64,000 bases of DNA from Octopus sinensis (GCF_006345805.1 NC_043018.1:16058001-16122000), one strand, 5' to 3'. Counted from the first letter of the stretch, positions 1 to 15,248 are shown. Notes: generated by a model from the letters alone, not told the origin. Translations and numbers: made by a program.

Positions 1-100
1 TAGCAAGGCAGGTGTGTGTGTGGGGATGGGGTGTGGGTACCGAAAGATGTCTTGTGACAGTTCTTTGGAAATGTAGTGTTTATGTTTTTTTTTTGTTTTT

Positions 101-497
101 CTTTTACTGGTTTCAGTCATTTGACTGCGGCCATGCTGGAGCACCGCCTTTTAGTCGAGCAAATCGACCCCAGGACTTATTCTTTGTAAGCCCAGTACTT
201 ACTCTGTCGGTCCCTTTTGCCGAACCACTAAGTTACGGGGACGCAAGCACACCAGCATCGGTTGTCAAGCGATGTTGGGGAGACAAACACAGACACACCC
301 ACACATACACACACATACATATATATATATATATGACAGGCTTCTTTCAGTTTCCGTCTACCAAATCCACTCACAAGGCTTTGGTCGGCCCTAGGCTATA
401 GTAGAAGATACTTGCCCAAGGTGTCACGCAGTGGGACTGAACCCGAAACCATGTGGTTGGTAAGCAAGCTACTTACCACACAGCCACTCCTACGCCT
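101..497 (-). mobile_element. SINE family 1 (tRNA head, CORE-like segment, internal microsatellite)
   Basis: On -, head GGCGTAGGAGTGGCTGTGTGG...GGTTCAGTCCC, then ACCTTGGGCAAGT; >15 related copies in the window. Confidence 0.85.
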
Positions 498-899
498 ATG
501 TGTTCGTTTATCTTTTATCTTTTACTTGCTACAGCCGTTGGCCATGCTGGGGCACCACCTTGAAGAATTTTTAGTCAAATGAATCGACCCCAGTACTTCT
601 TTTGGTTTTGCAAAGTGCCGTACTCCTTCAAACAGTCTCTTTTGCAGAATTGGTAATTTACAGAAGCGTAGACACATCAATACTGGTTGTCAAGCTGTCA
701 TGGGACACACAGACACATGCACACACATATAAGTGATGGGCTTCTTTCAGTTTCCATTTAACAAATCCCCTCACAAGGGCTTTGGTTGGCCTGAGGCTAT
801 AGTTATAGTCTTTGAGTAAAAACTCAATTAATTCAGATATTTAAGGGGGAAATAAATGTAAAAGAATGAAAAATTAAGCATTTTTTTTTTTTTTTTGTG

Positions 900-1222
900 T
901 GTTGCTTTCCAACCACATGGTTCCAGGTTCAGTCCCACTGTGTGGCACCTTGGACAAGTGTCTTCTACTACAATCTCGGGCTGAACAAAGCCTTGTGAGT
1001 GGATTTGGTAGATGAAAACTGAAAGAAGCCCATCGTATATGTGTGTGTGTTTGTCCCTCCACCATTGCCTGGCAACCGATGTTGGTGTGTTTTATGTCCC
1101 TGTTACTTAGCAGTTCGGCAAAAAGAGACCGACAGAATAAGTACTGGGCTTACAAAGAATAAGTCGATTTGTTCGAGTAAAGGTGGTGTAGTCAAATAAC
1201 TGAAGCAAGTAAAAGAGTAAAA

Positions 1223-1226
<4 letters not shown>
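900..1226 (+). mobile_element. SINE family 1
   Basis: Reverse-complement homolog of 101-497. Confidence 0.8.
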
Positions 1227-1261
<35 letters not shown>

Positions 1262-1264
<3 letters not shown>

Positions 1265-1490
1265 CTTTACTACCCACAAGGGGCTAAACACAGAGGGGAC
1301 AAACAAGGACAGACAAAGGGATTAAGTCGACTACATCGACCCCAGTGCGTAACTGGTACTTAATTTATCGACCCCGAAAGGATGAAAGGCAAAGTCGACC
1401 TCGGCGGAATTTGAACTCGGAACGTAACGACAGACGAAATACGGCTACGAATTTCGCCCGGCGTGCTAACGTTTCTACCAGCTCGCCGCC
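1262..1490 (-). mobile_element. SINE family 2 (tRNA-like head plus conserved central domain)
   Basis: On -, GGCGGCGAGCTGG...GAGTTCAAATTCC, then GACTTTGCCTTTCATCCTTTCGGGGTCGATAAATTAAGTACCAG (resembles the MetaSINE-type domain as I recall it; unverified). Confidence 0.8.
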
Positions 1491-2066
1491 TTGTATCTAT
1501 AAAATATGTTACAATTACTCAATAGTCAAGATAAAACTCTGAGTTTCAGATGCCGAAGTGGAAATCCACAACACCATCTCTTCGGTTATCTGGCCATCTG
1601 AAAAAACGCTATGAAAAAATACCGTTATATAAAGGGAAATTACTGTATTATAATTCTACTCGCGAACCCACGTGCGTACTTATACGTCACTATGAAAACG
1701 TACACATCTTCACTCGCATTTTTCGCCAAATATATACGCATATATATATATATACAAACTCATACACACACACATGCGTACCGTAAAAGTTCATACATAC
1801 GTCTATATGCGCACAAACACAAGAAAAACCATGGTTAAAGGTAACAGAAAAAAACATAAGGAAGTATACAAAGCATAAAAACCACGTTCATATACGGACA
1901 TGCCCTTATGCACTCATATACACACATGCCCATATATGTACATACCCACACGTGTTTATATATGCATACACACACACGCATATACGAAAAATGAATATAC
2001 AATGGCTCCCCCCCTTAAAAAAACCCTATATATATGTATATATATTTTGTTTTTGGTTTTTTCCAG

Positions 2067-2206
2067 GTGAAAAGTGAAAGTGAACACAAGTTGGCCAAGA
2101 AATCTCTTGCGGATGAATTCGAGATTGTCCGAGTACCTGTTGCCCTGGCAATCGTCAAACTGTTACATGTCGTCCCCAGAGATTCCCTCAAGTCTTTCTT
2201 ACCAAA
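2067..2206 (+). CDS. UTP20: UTP20 exon a (VKSESEHKL...SFLPK)
   Basis: ttccag|GTG ... CCAAA|gtaatt; 140 nt; phase 2 out matches the next exon. Confidence 0.9.
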
Positions 2207-4381
2207 GTAATTATTCTTCAGGGTCCTTTTCCTTGTTGTTTGTATTAGGGGCCGATACACACACACACTTACACACATGTCTGTATGTATGTATATCTTA
2301 TTCTTTTACTTGTTTCAGTCATTTGAGTGCGGCCGTGCTGGAGCACCACCTTAAAGGGTTATAGTCGATCAGATCGACCCCAGGACATTTTTTTAAAGCC
2401 TGGTACTTATTCTGTCGGTCTCTCTTTCCGAACTGCTAAGTTACTGGCACATAAACACACCAACACTGATTGCCAAGCGGCAATGGGATGGGGGTGGGGA
2501 CAAACACAGAATACAAACACACACACACACACACATATATATATATTTATTCAATAGGCTTCTTTCAGTTTCCGTCTACCAGATTCACTCATAAGGCTTT
2601 GGTCAGACTGACGCTACAGTAGAAGAGCTTTACAAAGATGCCGTGTAGTGGGACTGAACCCGGAACTATGTGGTTGGGAAGCAAGCTTCTTACCACACAG
2701 CCACACCTGTCCTTATATTTAACCCTTTTGTTACCATATTTCTGTTGAAATCTTCATTTTCATTGCTTTTGAGGATTCCCATGATTCTGCTGCCATCCAA
2801 TTCCATTAATATGAATTTCAGTCGGGAGCTCGGGTCATAGGGAATCTTTCATTAGCTGATCACACAACCATGGCCACCACCCCTATGGAAGCATCACAGT
2901 TATTCTCTTGGTAGATCTTGGTGATCCTGACCATTGGTCATCTAGGATTCCTCTGCTCAGCATTAAGGTTAGAAGCACCATTGGATCAGTTCAGCTCTTC
3001 CACTACCTCTTCGCAATCCGCCATACTGCAGTCCCATGACTTCACTATATCCCTGGCAGGGTAAGAAGTTTGTTTCTTGAGATAATCCAGGATTAATCCA
3101 ATGAGGTCTGCAACCTCCACTCCATCGTAGCTTCCCATGGAGATTTCAAAAAGTGAGTCACCTGTTTTGATTCGATAGGTGTCATGACAATACACAAGTA
3201 AATTTTTAGTATTAATAACCATTTTAATATCAATGTTACTAATCCTAGTGAATTACCTTCTGAAGTCCAGATTTGTTAGGAGGAGAGATATGAATATAGA
3301 AAGATCATCATCATCATCATTTAATGTCCATTTTCCATGCTGGCATGGGTTGAATGGTTTGATAGGAGCTGGCAAGCCAGGGAGGTTCACTAGGCTCCAG
3401 TTGTCTGTTGTGGCATGGTTTCTATGGCTGGATGCCCTTCCTAACGCAAACCACTTTACAAGGTGTACTGGATTTTTTTTATGTGGTGCCAACATTCATG
3501 GGATCACCAAGTAGCTTGCAAGACAACAGATTCCACAACATCAAATTTGGTGAACCTGCAGGTTGCAGAGTTCTCTTTACCATTAATCAGTCCATAATAG
3601 CATCCCTGCAGCCATTTTGATATCGGAATTGACAACATCGTGTATTTAACCCTTATGTCTCTGAAACTTAGTAGGGCCAATGAGCCTTGCATTTAAGATT
3701 GAAAATAAAATTAGGTTTGTGGTCTTTAAGTGTATTGTAGGCAGATTGCATAGAGCTGCTGTCAATGTAGCCTTCTATCACCAACCAAGTAGCTAACTCC
3801 TCGATGAATATATTTAGGAGACAGGTAGTATTGAACCGAGAACCTTCTTATTCCAAACTTCTTAATGACATTGTCATATCTGGTTTTATTAATTTAAAAA
3901 AATGTTCACTTCATTTCAGAGTGATCCTGCGAATATGTGAGTTTTTAAGATCTCGCTCTCTTGACATACGCAAATCAGCTCGTGACACCCTCACAAAGAT
4001 TGCCACAGTAATTGGTCCTGGTTACTTACCTTGTATTACGTATGAGTTGCGTTCAGCCCTTTCCAGAGGTTACCAGGTAAGTGGAGAACGGGAAAGAGAA
4101 AACAGTATGTGAGAGTTGGTTGTAGAATCGAAATTTTCAAAATAGTTTAGTAAACCAAAGTCAATATATATTTGTTTTTGTTACTCTCTTTTTACTCTTT
4201 TACTTGTTCCATGCTGGAGCACTGCCTTTAGTTGAGCAAATCGGCCCCAGGACTTATTCTTTGTAAGCCTAGTACTTATTCTATCGGTCTCTTTTGCCGA
4301 ACTGCTAAGTTACGGGGACGTAAACACACCAGCATCGGTTGTCAAGCGATGTTGGGGGGGAAAAAACACACACACACACAC

Positions 4382-4418
<37 letters not shown>

Positions 4419-7400
4419 CGACGGGCTTTTTTCAGTTTCCGTCTACCAAATCCACTCACAAAGCTTTGGTCGGCCCGAAGCTATGGTAGAAGACACTTGC
4501 TCAAGGTGTCACACAGTGGGACTGAACCCGGAACCATGTGGTTCGTAAGCAAGCTACTTAGCACACAGCCACTCCTGCGCCTATTATGTCTGTTTTTCCA
4601 TGCAAACATTTGTTAGATAAATATAATATTGAGGCACAGGACATATTTCCTGTTACAAACCCTGCGCTGTTTTCAAATAGCAGATCTCCTATTCAATGTC
4701 TTCAAAAGCACTGAATCAATGAAGGATTTGTTGACAGGGGAAATGTCAACAAACGTCACCTCCTCTTGTAGCTTGGTGTCTTTTCACATGAAGCAGGCAG
4801 AATGTAAACATTTGTGCCTCTATACATTCACACACACATTTATACGCATGTATGTATATATGTACATACATACATATATACATATATGGCATGGTTGTAT
4901 GGTTAAGAAGTTTGCTTCTTAAACCATTTGCTTCCTGGTTCAATTCCACTGCATGGCACCTTAGGCAAGTGTCTTTTACTATAGCCCCAGGTTAACCAAA
5001 GCTTTGCAAGAGGCTATGGTTGGTGGAAACTGAAAGAAGCCCATCTTATATATATATATGTGTGTGTGACTTGGTGCCTCTTTATCTTTACATCATGTGA
5101 TTGTTGTAAATGAGCATCACCGTCATACAGGTGGTGTCCTTTGTTTTCAAATCTTTTGTGAAAAGTTGTCCAACCATGGGGAAATATTACTTCAATGGAA
5201 ACGGGTGAGGGTTTTTTGACAGGAAGGACATCCAGCGTTAGAAAACCTGCCTTATCAAATTCCGAATTCCATACAAGCAGGGAAAAAGTGGACATTGAAA
5301 ACAATGATGATGATAATGATTGATGTATAGACACACGTGTGTGTGTGTGTGTGTGTATACATACTTTGAAATGTTGTATATTACAAATTCAGTCATATTG
5401 CAAGTGATAGGTGGTATGTTTGTGTAAGAGGAAGTGTTGACTGGCAGGTAGAGCTTGTGGAGAAGATGAGGTTGAGGAAGAAGGGGGAGAGAGACATGGC
5501 TGTTAAGGCAATGGTGATTGTTTTGATGATGATGATGATAATGTTGTTCTTCTCCTCCAACAGCTTCACATTCTTGGATTCACAGTCCATTCTGTTCTCA
5601 ATGCAATGGTGGGACAGTTAAAAGCCGGAGATTTGAACCCTTGTTGTAAGAGTTTAATTGAAGTGAGTATTATTATTATTACTACTACTACTACTACTTT
5701 GACTTTCATTCTTTTGGGTTTGATAAAATAAATACCAGTCAGATACTGGGGGTAAACCATCTTCACAGAATTTCAGGACTTGCGTCTGTAGTAGAAAGAG
5801 TTGTTGTTGTTCTTGTTACCACCACCACTACTGTCCATTATACCTATTTCTTTACTACCCACAAGGGGCTACACACAGAGAGGACAAACAAAGACAGACA
5901 AACGGATTAAATCGATTATATCGACCCCAGTGCGTAACTGGTACTTATTTAATCGACCCCGAAAGGATGAAAGGCAAAGTCGACCATGGCGGAATTTGAA
6001 CTCAGAACGTAGCGGCAGAAGAAATACTGCTAAGCATTTCGCCCTGGTGTGCTAACGTTTCTGCCAGCTCACTGCCCTATCCATTATACAGTCAAATGAA
6101 ATGTCTTGTGATAATTGTTTTCTGGGTTTGGCTGGGGTTTGCTCCCCAACTGCATGGTAAGCAGAAAAAAGGGGTCCATCATATTTCTGCTATCAAATAA
6201 AAAAAATTTTTTTTAAAGTTTTGTCTGAGATAATTTAATTTTATTTTCTCGTTACATTCTGTCAAGATTTTTAATGAAGACATCTTTGGAATGGTTGCTG
6301 AAGAGAAAACGGTCGATGCCATCACGTCCAACTTTATAGAAGCTCAGACCTGTAAAAGCATTTACTCATACAGATTCCTGGCCAGATTCATCACCAAAAG
6401 TCACATTACTCAGTTGATTGCTCCTCTCAAAGACGTAAGTCTGATTATTATATTTCTACAATATGGCCTGTGAGGGTGGGGCAAAAATATTACCATGTGG
6501 TGGGGTTTTTTTTTAATGGGTATTTTGATTTCATAATTTGTTGGGTTTTTTTAACCCTTCTGTTGCCATGTTTCTGTTGAACTACAGAGCTTTTGGTCTG
6601 TGGGGTACTTTGCCTAAGATCCCACTGTGTCTTCTGGCGACCTGCTGTGCTTGAAGAGACCTATTGAGTCAAGTACATCAACATCAAAATAAAAATCAAA
6701 TGGAAATTGTAGTTGTGATACCTATGCCGGTGGCACGTAAAAAGCACCATCCGAACGTGGCCGATGCCAGCACCGCCTTGACTGGCTTCCATGCTGGTGG
6801 CACGTAAAAAGCACCCACTACACTCACGGAGTGGTTGGTGTTAGGAAGGGCATCCAGCTGTAGAAACACTGCCAGATCAGATTGGAGCCTGGTGCAGCCT
6901 CTTGGCTTCCCAGACCCCGGTCAAATCGTCCAACCCATGTTAGCATGGAAAACGGACATTAACCCTTTAGTATTTAAACCGGCCATATCCGGCCAAAATA
7001 TTTAATCTGTTTTATGCTCAAACTGACCAGATCCAGGCCCTCACACCTACCCTACAATGTTATACTACGTTAAGTAATTACACCATCAAGATCTTGAAGA
7101 TATGAGATAATGCATGATTAATTCAAATCAATGGGAATCAATAGGCATTATGTTTGATTGAATAATCTGAACACTAAAGGGTTAAATGTTGATGATGATG
7201 ATGATGAGGATGAGACAGTATTGCAACCTTCACTTCTCTTTCTTCATTTCTCTTTCAGATCCTTGACACTAGTTCCAACCAAAATACCATTAAGAAAGTC
7301 GGCAATATTCTCCAGAAGATTCTTGCTGGTCTTTTACTAAACCATGACTTTGAAACCAAAGACCTCTTAGTCTTTGTTCACAGTTTGGTCCTTCAAACTC

Positions 7401-10400
7401 TGCCATTACTAGCAAAAGACAAACAGTAGGTGGACGTTTTATTTGTACTTTAAACCTCTTGCTGTTTTTTTTATTGTTGTTGTATGTTTGAAGGATAGAG
7501 GGTCTGTATATGGTGAGGGCAGAGCGCTTGGATGAGAGGCAGATAATCTGTTGATTGTAAGAAATAAATGGCAGTTAATCCAATTGTATCAGATTAAGAA
7601 TAGCAAATGAAATCATCCGTGAAAATAGGTGGAATTTGGGGTAAATTAGGTTTTAGATTATGTATCAGATTAATTGTTGATGATGCCAACCATTTGTAGA
7701 ATTCTCTCTAATTTGTGATGTTTTTTCTTACTTGAGACGCGTGGCTTAGTGGTTAGGGTGTCAGCATCATGGTTGTAAGATTGTGGTTTCGATTCCTGGA
7801 CCAGGTGACGTGCTGTGTTCTTGAGCAAAACACTTCATTTTATGTTGCTCCAGTCCACTCAGCTGGCAAAAATGAGTAATGCTGCGATGGACTGGCGTCC
7901 CGTCCAGCTGGGGAACACATATGACATTGAAACCGGGAAATCGGGCCCATGAGCCTGGCTAGGCTTTAAAAGGGCGCGTTTATTTTTGTTGTGGTGCACC
8001 TGAGCACTGTATACAATAATTTCATTATTATTATTATTATTATTATTTGAAATTGTTTAATTATAGGGAGAAAAATAAGAAAAAAGATGAACCTGGTTTG
8101 AGACCAGAAAGTTGTTTAATTATACCGAAAGCGCCGAGACGTGATGAGAAAAAGGCAAAACTCATGAAGAAAACCAACTTCCATGTTTTGGCTGAATTTG
8201 GTCTTCAGGTGAGTTGACCCCTGTTGTAGCTCTTGGATTATAATTATGCATTTGTTTTATCTGCTATTTAACCGTTTAACATTCTGATTATTCTGTCAAA
8301 TGTTTATTGCTTATTTAATCACGTAATTTTCAGTTAATTATGCCTTATCTCGTAGCTTTGAGGTCTCAACGATGTGATTGTATATTTCTGGAATGGCATT
8401 GTAGGGTAGGTGGGAGAGGTCAAATCTGTCCAGTTTGAACATAAAACAGATAAACTATTTGGGTTGAATGTGGCTGATTTAAACAGTAAAAGGTTTAATG
8501 TTTGTTGTGTCTATTGCTTAACCCTTTAGCATTTAAACTGGCCATATCCGGCCAAAAGTATTCTGCCTGTTTTATGTTCAAACTGGCCAGATCTGGTCTC
8601 TCACACCAACCCTACAATATCGTTTTAAAAATTAACAGCTACCTCATCAAAATCTCAAAGCCACAAGATAATCCATGATCAGTTTAAAACAATGTGGATA
8701 AAAAAGGATTAATTTTGGCAGAATAATGTGAACACTAAAGGGTTAAGGAAGACACCCTGTTCACTGGGTAAATATATCTTCTGTTCCTTTAGTTTGTTCC
8801 TTCTTTGTGTCACCCATCACTCCTCTCTTACTATTACGAACATTCATTCACAGAACTGTAATACTCTAGACCCCAGCCTTGCTCCCATCTTTTATTAATC
8901 TGCTTCAACTATTGGCCTTTGACCTTCTTGATACAAATCCACCCAAGGCTACTTCTGGTTTTATGAAGCAAACTTCCTGTTTTAAAGTGATCTAAAGGGA
9001 AAAAAAAACTCTTAAAATTTCAACTCTCTCTTTACTCGTTTACTTGTTTCAGTCATTTCACTGTGGCCATGCTGGAGCACTACCTTTAGTTGAGCAAATC
9101 GACCCCACGACTTATTCTTTGTAAACCTAGTGCTTATTCTATCAGGCTTTTTTGCCGAACTGCTAAGTTACGGGGATGCAAGCACACCACCAATGGTTGT
9201 CAAGCGATGTTGGGGGGACAAACACAGACACACAAACATATACACACACACACACACACATATATATTGGGCTTCTTTCAGTTTCCATCTACCAGATCCA
9301 CTCACAAGGCTTTGGTCGGCCTGAGGCTATAGTAGAAGACACTTGCCCAAGGTGCCACGCTGTGGGACTGAACCTGGAACCATGTGGTTCGTAAGCAAGC
9401 TACTTACCACACAGCCACTCCTAAGTTAATTTATGTTTCAAACACTTGCTTAATAATTGTTAATTAAGTGTTTGGGGCATAAATTAACTTTAAATTTTGA
9501 CTTCTAATTATTAATAGCTAGCTTAAAAGCCAGACTTTTGGCCGGATATGGCCGGTTTAAATGCTAAAGGGTTAAATCATTTCCCAATGCTGGATGTTCA
9601 AGAACCAAATGGACAAATTTTCAATCCTGGTATCATCCTGATTCTAAAAAAAGTATATGTCTATTTGGAGCAAATGTAGACTCCAAATTGTCTCCCTTTT
9701 CCTTCTCAATATGAATTATCATTAACAATAATGAATTGTTCTTTTTATTACAAGTGTAGCTATAATTATCATTACAGACTCAGTGTTAAATTTTATTACA
9801 GCCATAATCATAATTATCGTTTAGATGTAATTATAGCTATCATTATGAGTATAATTACAATTATCATTACAGGTGCAATATTAAATTTAGCTATATTTTT
9901 ATGTTTTTTATCACTGTACATCTATAAGAGACACTGTCTCTAGACAAATACCTCATTTAAATAGGCTTTCCATGATGCATCTACTTTAAGTATTATCAAC
10001 AGATTGCTATTTAAATGTATAATTGCTTATTTTCATTCTTTGTTGGTTATTCATCTCTGATATTTACCATTTTTATATAACTTTCAGCTCCTGTATTTCA
10101 CATTTAAAAAGTCCCGATTAAAATCCACCGAGCAAGGACACTTAGAATTATTGGATCCGTTCACTGGCATTCTGATTGATTCCATAGAATCGAAGCATCT
10201 TCCGATGGTGATCTTCTCACTGAAATCTCTGAATATCATGATGAAATATCCGCTGCCTTCCATTCAAAAGAACATCACACTCCTCGCCAACCACTTGTTT
10301 TCTCTGCTGAACAGTTATGGGTCTTCCGGTGCCGCTCGGGGGAAAAACGGTGAACTGATTTCAGTCATTTTTAAGGTATACACACCATTATCCACTTTGT

Positions 10401-13400
10401 TATCATCATCAGCAGCAGCATCACCTCCATCCCCTCCTCCTTCTCATCCTTCTTTCTTTTCCTCCTCCTCCTGCCTCCTTTTCTTCCCCCCCTCCTCTTG
10501 CTGCTTCTTCCTCTTTTCTACTTCTATCTCCTCCTCCTCCTCCTGTCACTTCTTCTTTTCTTCCCCCTCCTCCTCCGCCTGCTTCTTCCTTCTCCTCCTT
10601 TCCTTGTCGATAAATTAAGTACCAGTAAAACACTGGGGTTGATGTAATTGACTTAGCCTCAAATTTCAGGCATTGCACCTATAATAGAAAGGATTCATCA
10701 TCATCATCATTATCATCATCATCATTTAACGTCCGTTCTCCATGCTAGCATGGGTTGGACGGTTCGACCGGGGATCTGGGAAGCCAGAAGGCTGCACCAG
10801 GCTCCAGTCTGATCTGGCAGTGTTTCTACAGCTGGATGCCCTTCCTAACGCCAACCACTCCGAGAGTGTAGTGGGTGCTTTTTACGTGCCACCGGCACAG
10901 GTGCCAGGCAGGCTGGCAACGGCCACGATTGGATTGGTCCTTTTTACATGCCACCGGCACGGAAAATTATTATTATTATCATTATTATTATTCTTTGTGA
11001 CATCTCCTTTTAGTGAACTCTTCTATCAATCCTATCTTGGAATTCTTTCAACCAGTCATCTTCCTGTCTGCTGCCAAACACTGACATCCCACCCCTACTC
11101 CACAGACATCAACCTGTCTCCCTCCACTCAGTTAACTTCCTAATGAAACTCTTCCTTTCACCTGTCATCTCGTTTTTGTTTCCGTTCTGCAGTCAATCAC
11201 AATCCTGGTGCGAGAGATTCACATCTACCAACTTCGGCAGGACCAGTTGAAGGTTTTATTGATATACTGTGAGGAAGACATCATGGACTACACACGGCAG
11301 GCCTGTGCATTCAACTTGATCAAGGTGAGAGTTCAAGAAAGGATTTGATTCAATGACTCTTTGGCCAGCATTAATTACTTGCAATGTTTACCAGATTTGG
11401 CCCTTTCGTTCCCATATTTCTGTTGAAATACTTTTCCTTTGCTTTCTCTTTCTCTTTTACTTGTTTCAGTCATTTGACTGCGGCCATGCTGGAGCACCGC
11501 CTTTAATCGAGCAAATCGACCCCGGGACTTATTCTTTGTAAGCCCAGTACTTATTCTATCAGTCTCTTTTGCCGAACCGCTAAGTGACGGGGACGTAAAC
11601 ACACCAGCATCGATTGTCAAGCAATGCTAGGGGGACAAACACAAACACACAAACACACACATATATATATACATATATACGACAAGCTTCTTTCAGTTTC
11701 CGTCTACCAAATCCACTCACAAGGCATTGGTCGGCCCGGGGCTATAGCAGAAGACACTTGCCCAAGGTGCCACGCAGTGGGACTGAACCCGCAACCATGT
11801 GGTTGGTTAGCAAGCTACTTAGCACACAGCCACTCCTGCTTAAATATTAATCTTGAAAATATTAAAGAATTTTGTAAAAAACCTTTGTTGTGATGAAGCT
11901 TATGCTCAGAAACTAAATTAACAGGAAATTTTGAAGGAAGGTTTTAATTTAGATCACTTTAACCCTTTAGTTACCCTATTACTGTTGAAAAACACTGTTT
12001 GTTTGAATTAGTTTTGAAATAATAAAGAATTTAGTGAAATAACTGTCTTTATTTAAGCTGATGTTTGGAACATAAATTAACATAAAATTTTGATTTAACA
12101 TAAGATTTTATAATTAACATAAATTAACATGAGATTTTATAATTAACATAAATTAACATAAGATTTTAATTTAGATCACTTTAACCCTTTAGTTACCCTA
12201 TTACTGTTGAAAAACACTGTTTGTTTGAATTAGTTTTGAAATAATGAAGAATTTAGTGAAATAACTGTCTTTATTTAAGCTGATGTTTAGAACATAAATT
12301 AACATAAAATTTTGATTTAACATAAGATTTTATAATTAACATAAATTAACATAAGATTTTAATTTAGATCACTTTAACCTTTAGTTACCCTATTACTGTT
12401 GAAAAACACTGTTTGTTTGAATTAGTTTTGAAATAATAAAGAATTAGTGAAATAACTGTCTTTATTTAAGCTGATGTTTAGAACAAATTAACATAAAATT
12501 TTGATTTAACATAAGATTTTATAATTAACATAAATTACATAAGATTTTAATTTAGATCACTTTAACCCTTTAGTTACCCTATTACTGTTGAAAAACACTG
12601 TTTGTTTGAATTAGTTTTGAAATAATAAAGAATTTAGTGAAATAACTGTCTTTATTTAAGCTGATGTTAGAACAAATTAACATAAAATTTTGATTTAACA
12701 TAAGATTTTTAATTAACATAAATTACATAAGATTTTATAATTAACATAAATTAACATAAGATTTTAATTTAGATCACTTTAACCCTTAGTTACCCTATTA
12801 CTGTTGAAAAACACTGTTGTTTGAATTAGTTTTGAAATAATAAAGAATTTAGTGAAATAACTGTCTTTATTAAGCTGATGTTTAGAACATAAATTAACAT
12901 AAAATTTTGATTTAACATAAGATTTTATAATTAACATAAATTAACATAAGATTTTAATTTAGATCACTTTAACCCTTTAGTTACCCTATTACTGTTGAAA
13001 AACACTGTTTGTTTGAATTAGTTTTGAAATAATAAAGAATTTAGTGAAATAACTGTCTTTATTTAAGCTGATGTTTAGAACAAATTAACATAAAATTTTG
13101 ATTTAACATAAGATTTTATAATTAACATAAATTAACATAAGATTTTAATTTAGATCACTTTAACCCTTTAGTTACCCTATTACTGTTGAAAAACACTGTT
13201 TGTTTGAATTAGTTTTGAAATAATAAAGAATTTAGTGAAATAACTGTCTTTATTAAGCTGATGTTAGAACAAATTAACATAAAATTTTGATTAACATAAG
13301 ATTTTATAATTAACATAAATTAACATGAGATTTTATAATTAACATAAATTAACATAAGATTTTAATTTAGATCACTTTAACCCTTTAGTTACCCTATTAC

Positions 13401-15207
13401 TGTTGAAAAACACTGTTTGTTTGAATTAGTTTTGAAATAATGAAGAATTTAGTGAAATAACTGTCTTTATTAAGCTGATGTTTAGAACATAAATTAACAT
13501 AAAATTTTGATTTAACATAAGATTTTATAATTAACATAATTAACATAAGATTTTAATTAGATCACTTTAACCTTTAGTTACCCTATTACTGTTGAAAAAC
13601 ACTGTTTGTTTGAATTAGTTTTGAAATAATAAAGAATTTAGTGAAATAACTGTCTTATTTAAGCTGATGTTTAGAACAATTAACATAAAATTTTGATTTA
13701 ACATAAGATTTTATAATTAACATAATTAACATAAGATTTTAATTAGATCACTTTAACCCTTTAGTTACCCTATACTGTTGAAAAACACTGTTTGTTTGAA
13801 TTAGTTTTGAAATAATAAAGAATTTAGTGAAATAACTGTCTTTATTTAAGCTGATGTTAGAACAAATTAACATAAAATTTTGATTTAACATAAGATTTTA
13901 TAATTAACATAAATTAACATAAGATTTTAATTTAGATCACTTTAACCATTTAGTTACCCTATTACTGTTAAAGTATGCCAACCATGTTTTAGTTAATTTT
14001 GAAAATAATTAAGAATTTAGTAAAATATTTTTGTCGCGGCGAGCTGGCAGAACCGTTAGCACGCCGGACAAAATGCTTAGTGGTATTTCGTCCGCCGTCA
14101 CATTCTGAGTTCAAATTCCGCCGAGGTCAACTTTGCCTCTCATCCTTTCGGGGTCGATAAATTAAGTACCAGTTACGCACTGGGGTCGATGTAATCGACT
14201 TAATACCTATGTCTGTCCTTGTTTGTCCTCTCTGTGTTTAGCCCCTTGTGGGTAATAAAGAAATAATTATTTAGCTGGTGTTTGAAACATGAATTAACCT
14301 GGGATGTTGAAGGAAGATTTTAATTTTGCTCTCTTTAAAGTATTAAGTTTGTATCATGGAACCAACTACAGTTTTGGACAGTTTGGTATTGAAAATGTTA
14401 ACGATAAGAAAATATATTTATATCTGTATATATTTATTTATTTTTGCAGGCAATTCTTCACCGTAAAATTGTGAACGACAATATCGTTGAATTGATATCG
14501 CATATTGAGAAGTTGGCGTTCACATCTGAGATCCCCTATGTTCAGAAACAATCCCGTGATGTATGTTCAAGCTTTATTATTATTATTATTATTCTCTTTA
14601 CTCTTTTACTTGTTTCAGTCATTTTGACTGCGGCCATGCTGGAGCACCGCCTTTAATCGAGCAACTCAAGCCCAGGACTTATTCTTTTTGTAAGCCCAGT
14701 ACTTATTCTATCGGTCTCTTTTGCCGAACCGCTAAGTAACGGGGACATAAACAAACCAGCATCGGTTGTCTAGACACACAAACACACACACGCATATATA
14801 TATATGTATATATATATATATACGACGGGCTTCTTTTCAGTTTCCGTCTACCAAATCCACTCACAAGGCTTTGGTCGGCCCAAGGCTATAGTAGAAGACA
14901 CTTGCCCAAGGTGCCATGCAGTGGGACTGAACCCGGAACCATGTGGTTGGTAAACAAGCTACTTACCACACAGCCACCATCATCATCATCATTATTAAGG
15001 TTGTGGGCTGGCAGATTTATTAGCATGCTGAATGAAATGCTTAGTGGTATTTCGTCTGCTGCTATGATCTGAGTTTAAATTCCGTCAAGGTTGACTTTGC
15101 CTTTCATCTTTTCAGGGTCGATAAATTAAATACCAGTGAAACAGTGGGGTTGATGTATTCTACTAGTTCCTCACCCCCAAATTTCAGGCCTTGTGCCTTT
15201 AGTAGAA

Positions 15208-15248
<41 letters not shown>

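Noticed and set aside
1549-1612. Possible further upstream UTP20 exon (AEVEIHNTISSVIWPSEKTL)
   Set aside because: Weak resemblance only; an in-frame TGA follows with no donor before it
7736-7815. tRNA genes at SINE heads (also 32970-33046 and 34478-34555)
   Set aside because: No complete cloverleaf or acceptor stem; they continue into SINE bodies, with TSDs in two cases
10742-11143. Recurrent ORFs such as MLAWVGRFD...[13 protein letters not shown] and ...VSVYQIHSQGFGRPEA
   Set aside because: Chance translations of RTE 3' UTR and SINE copies repeated throughout the window
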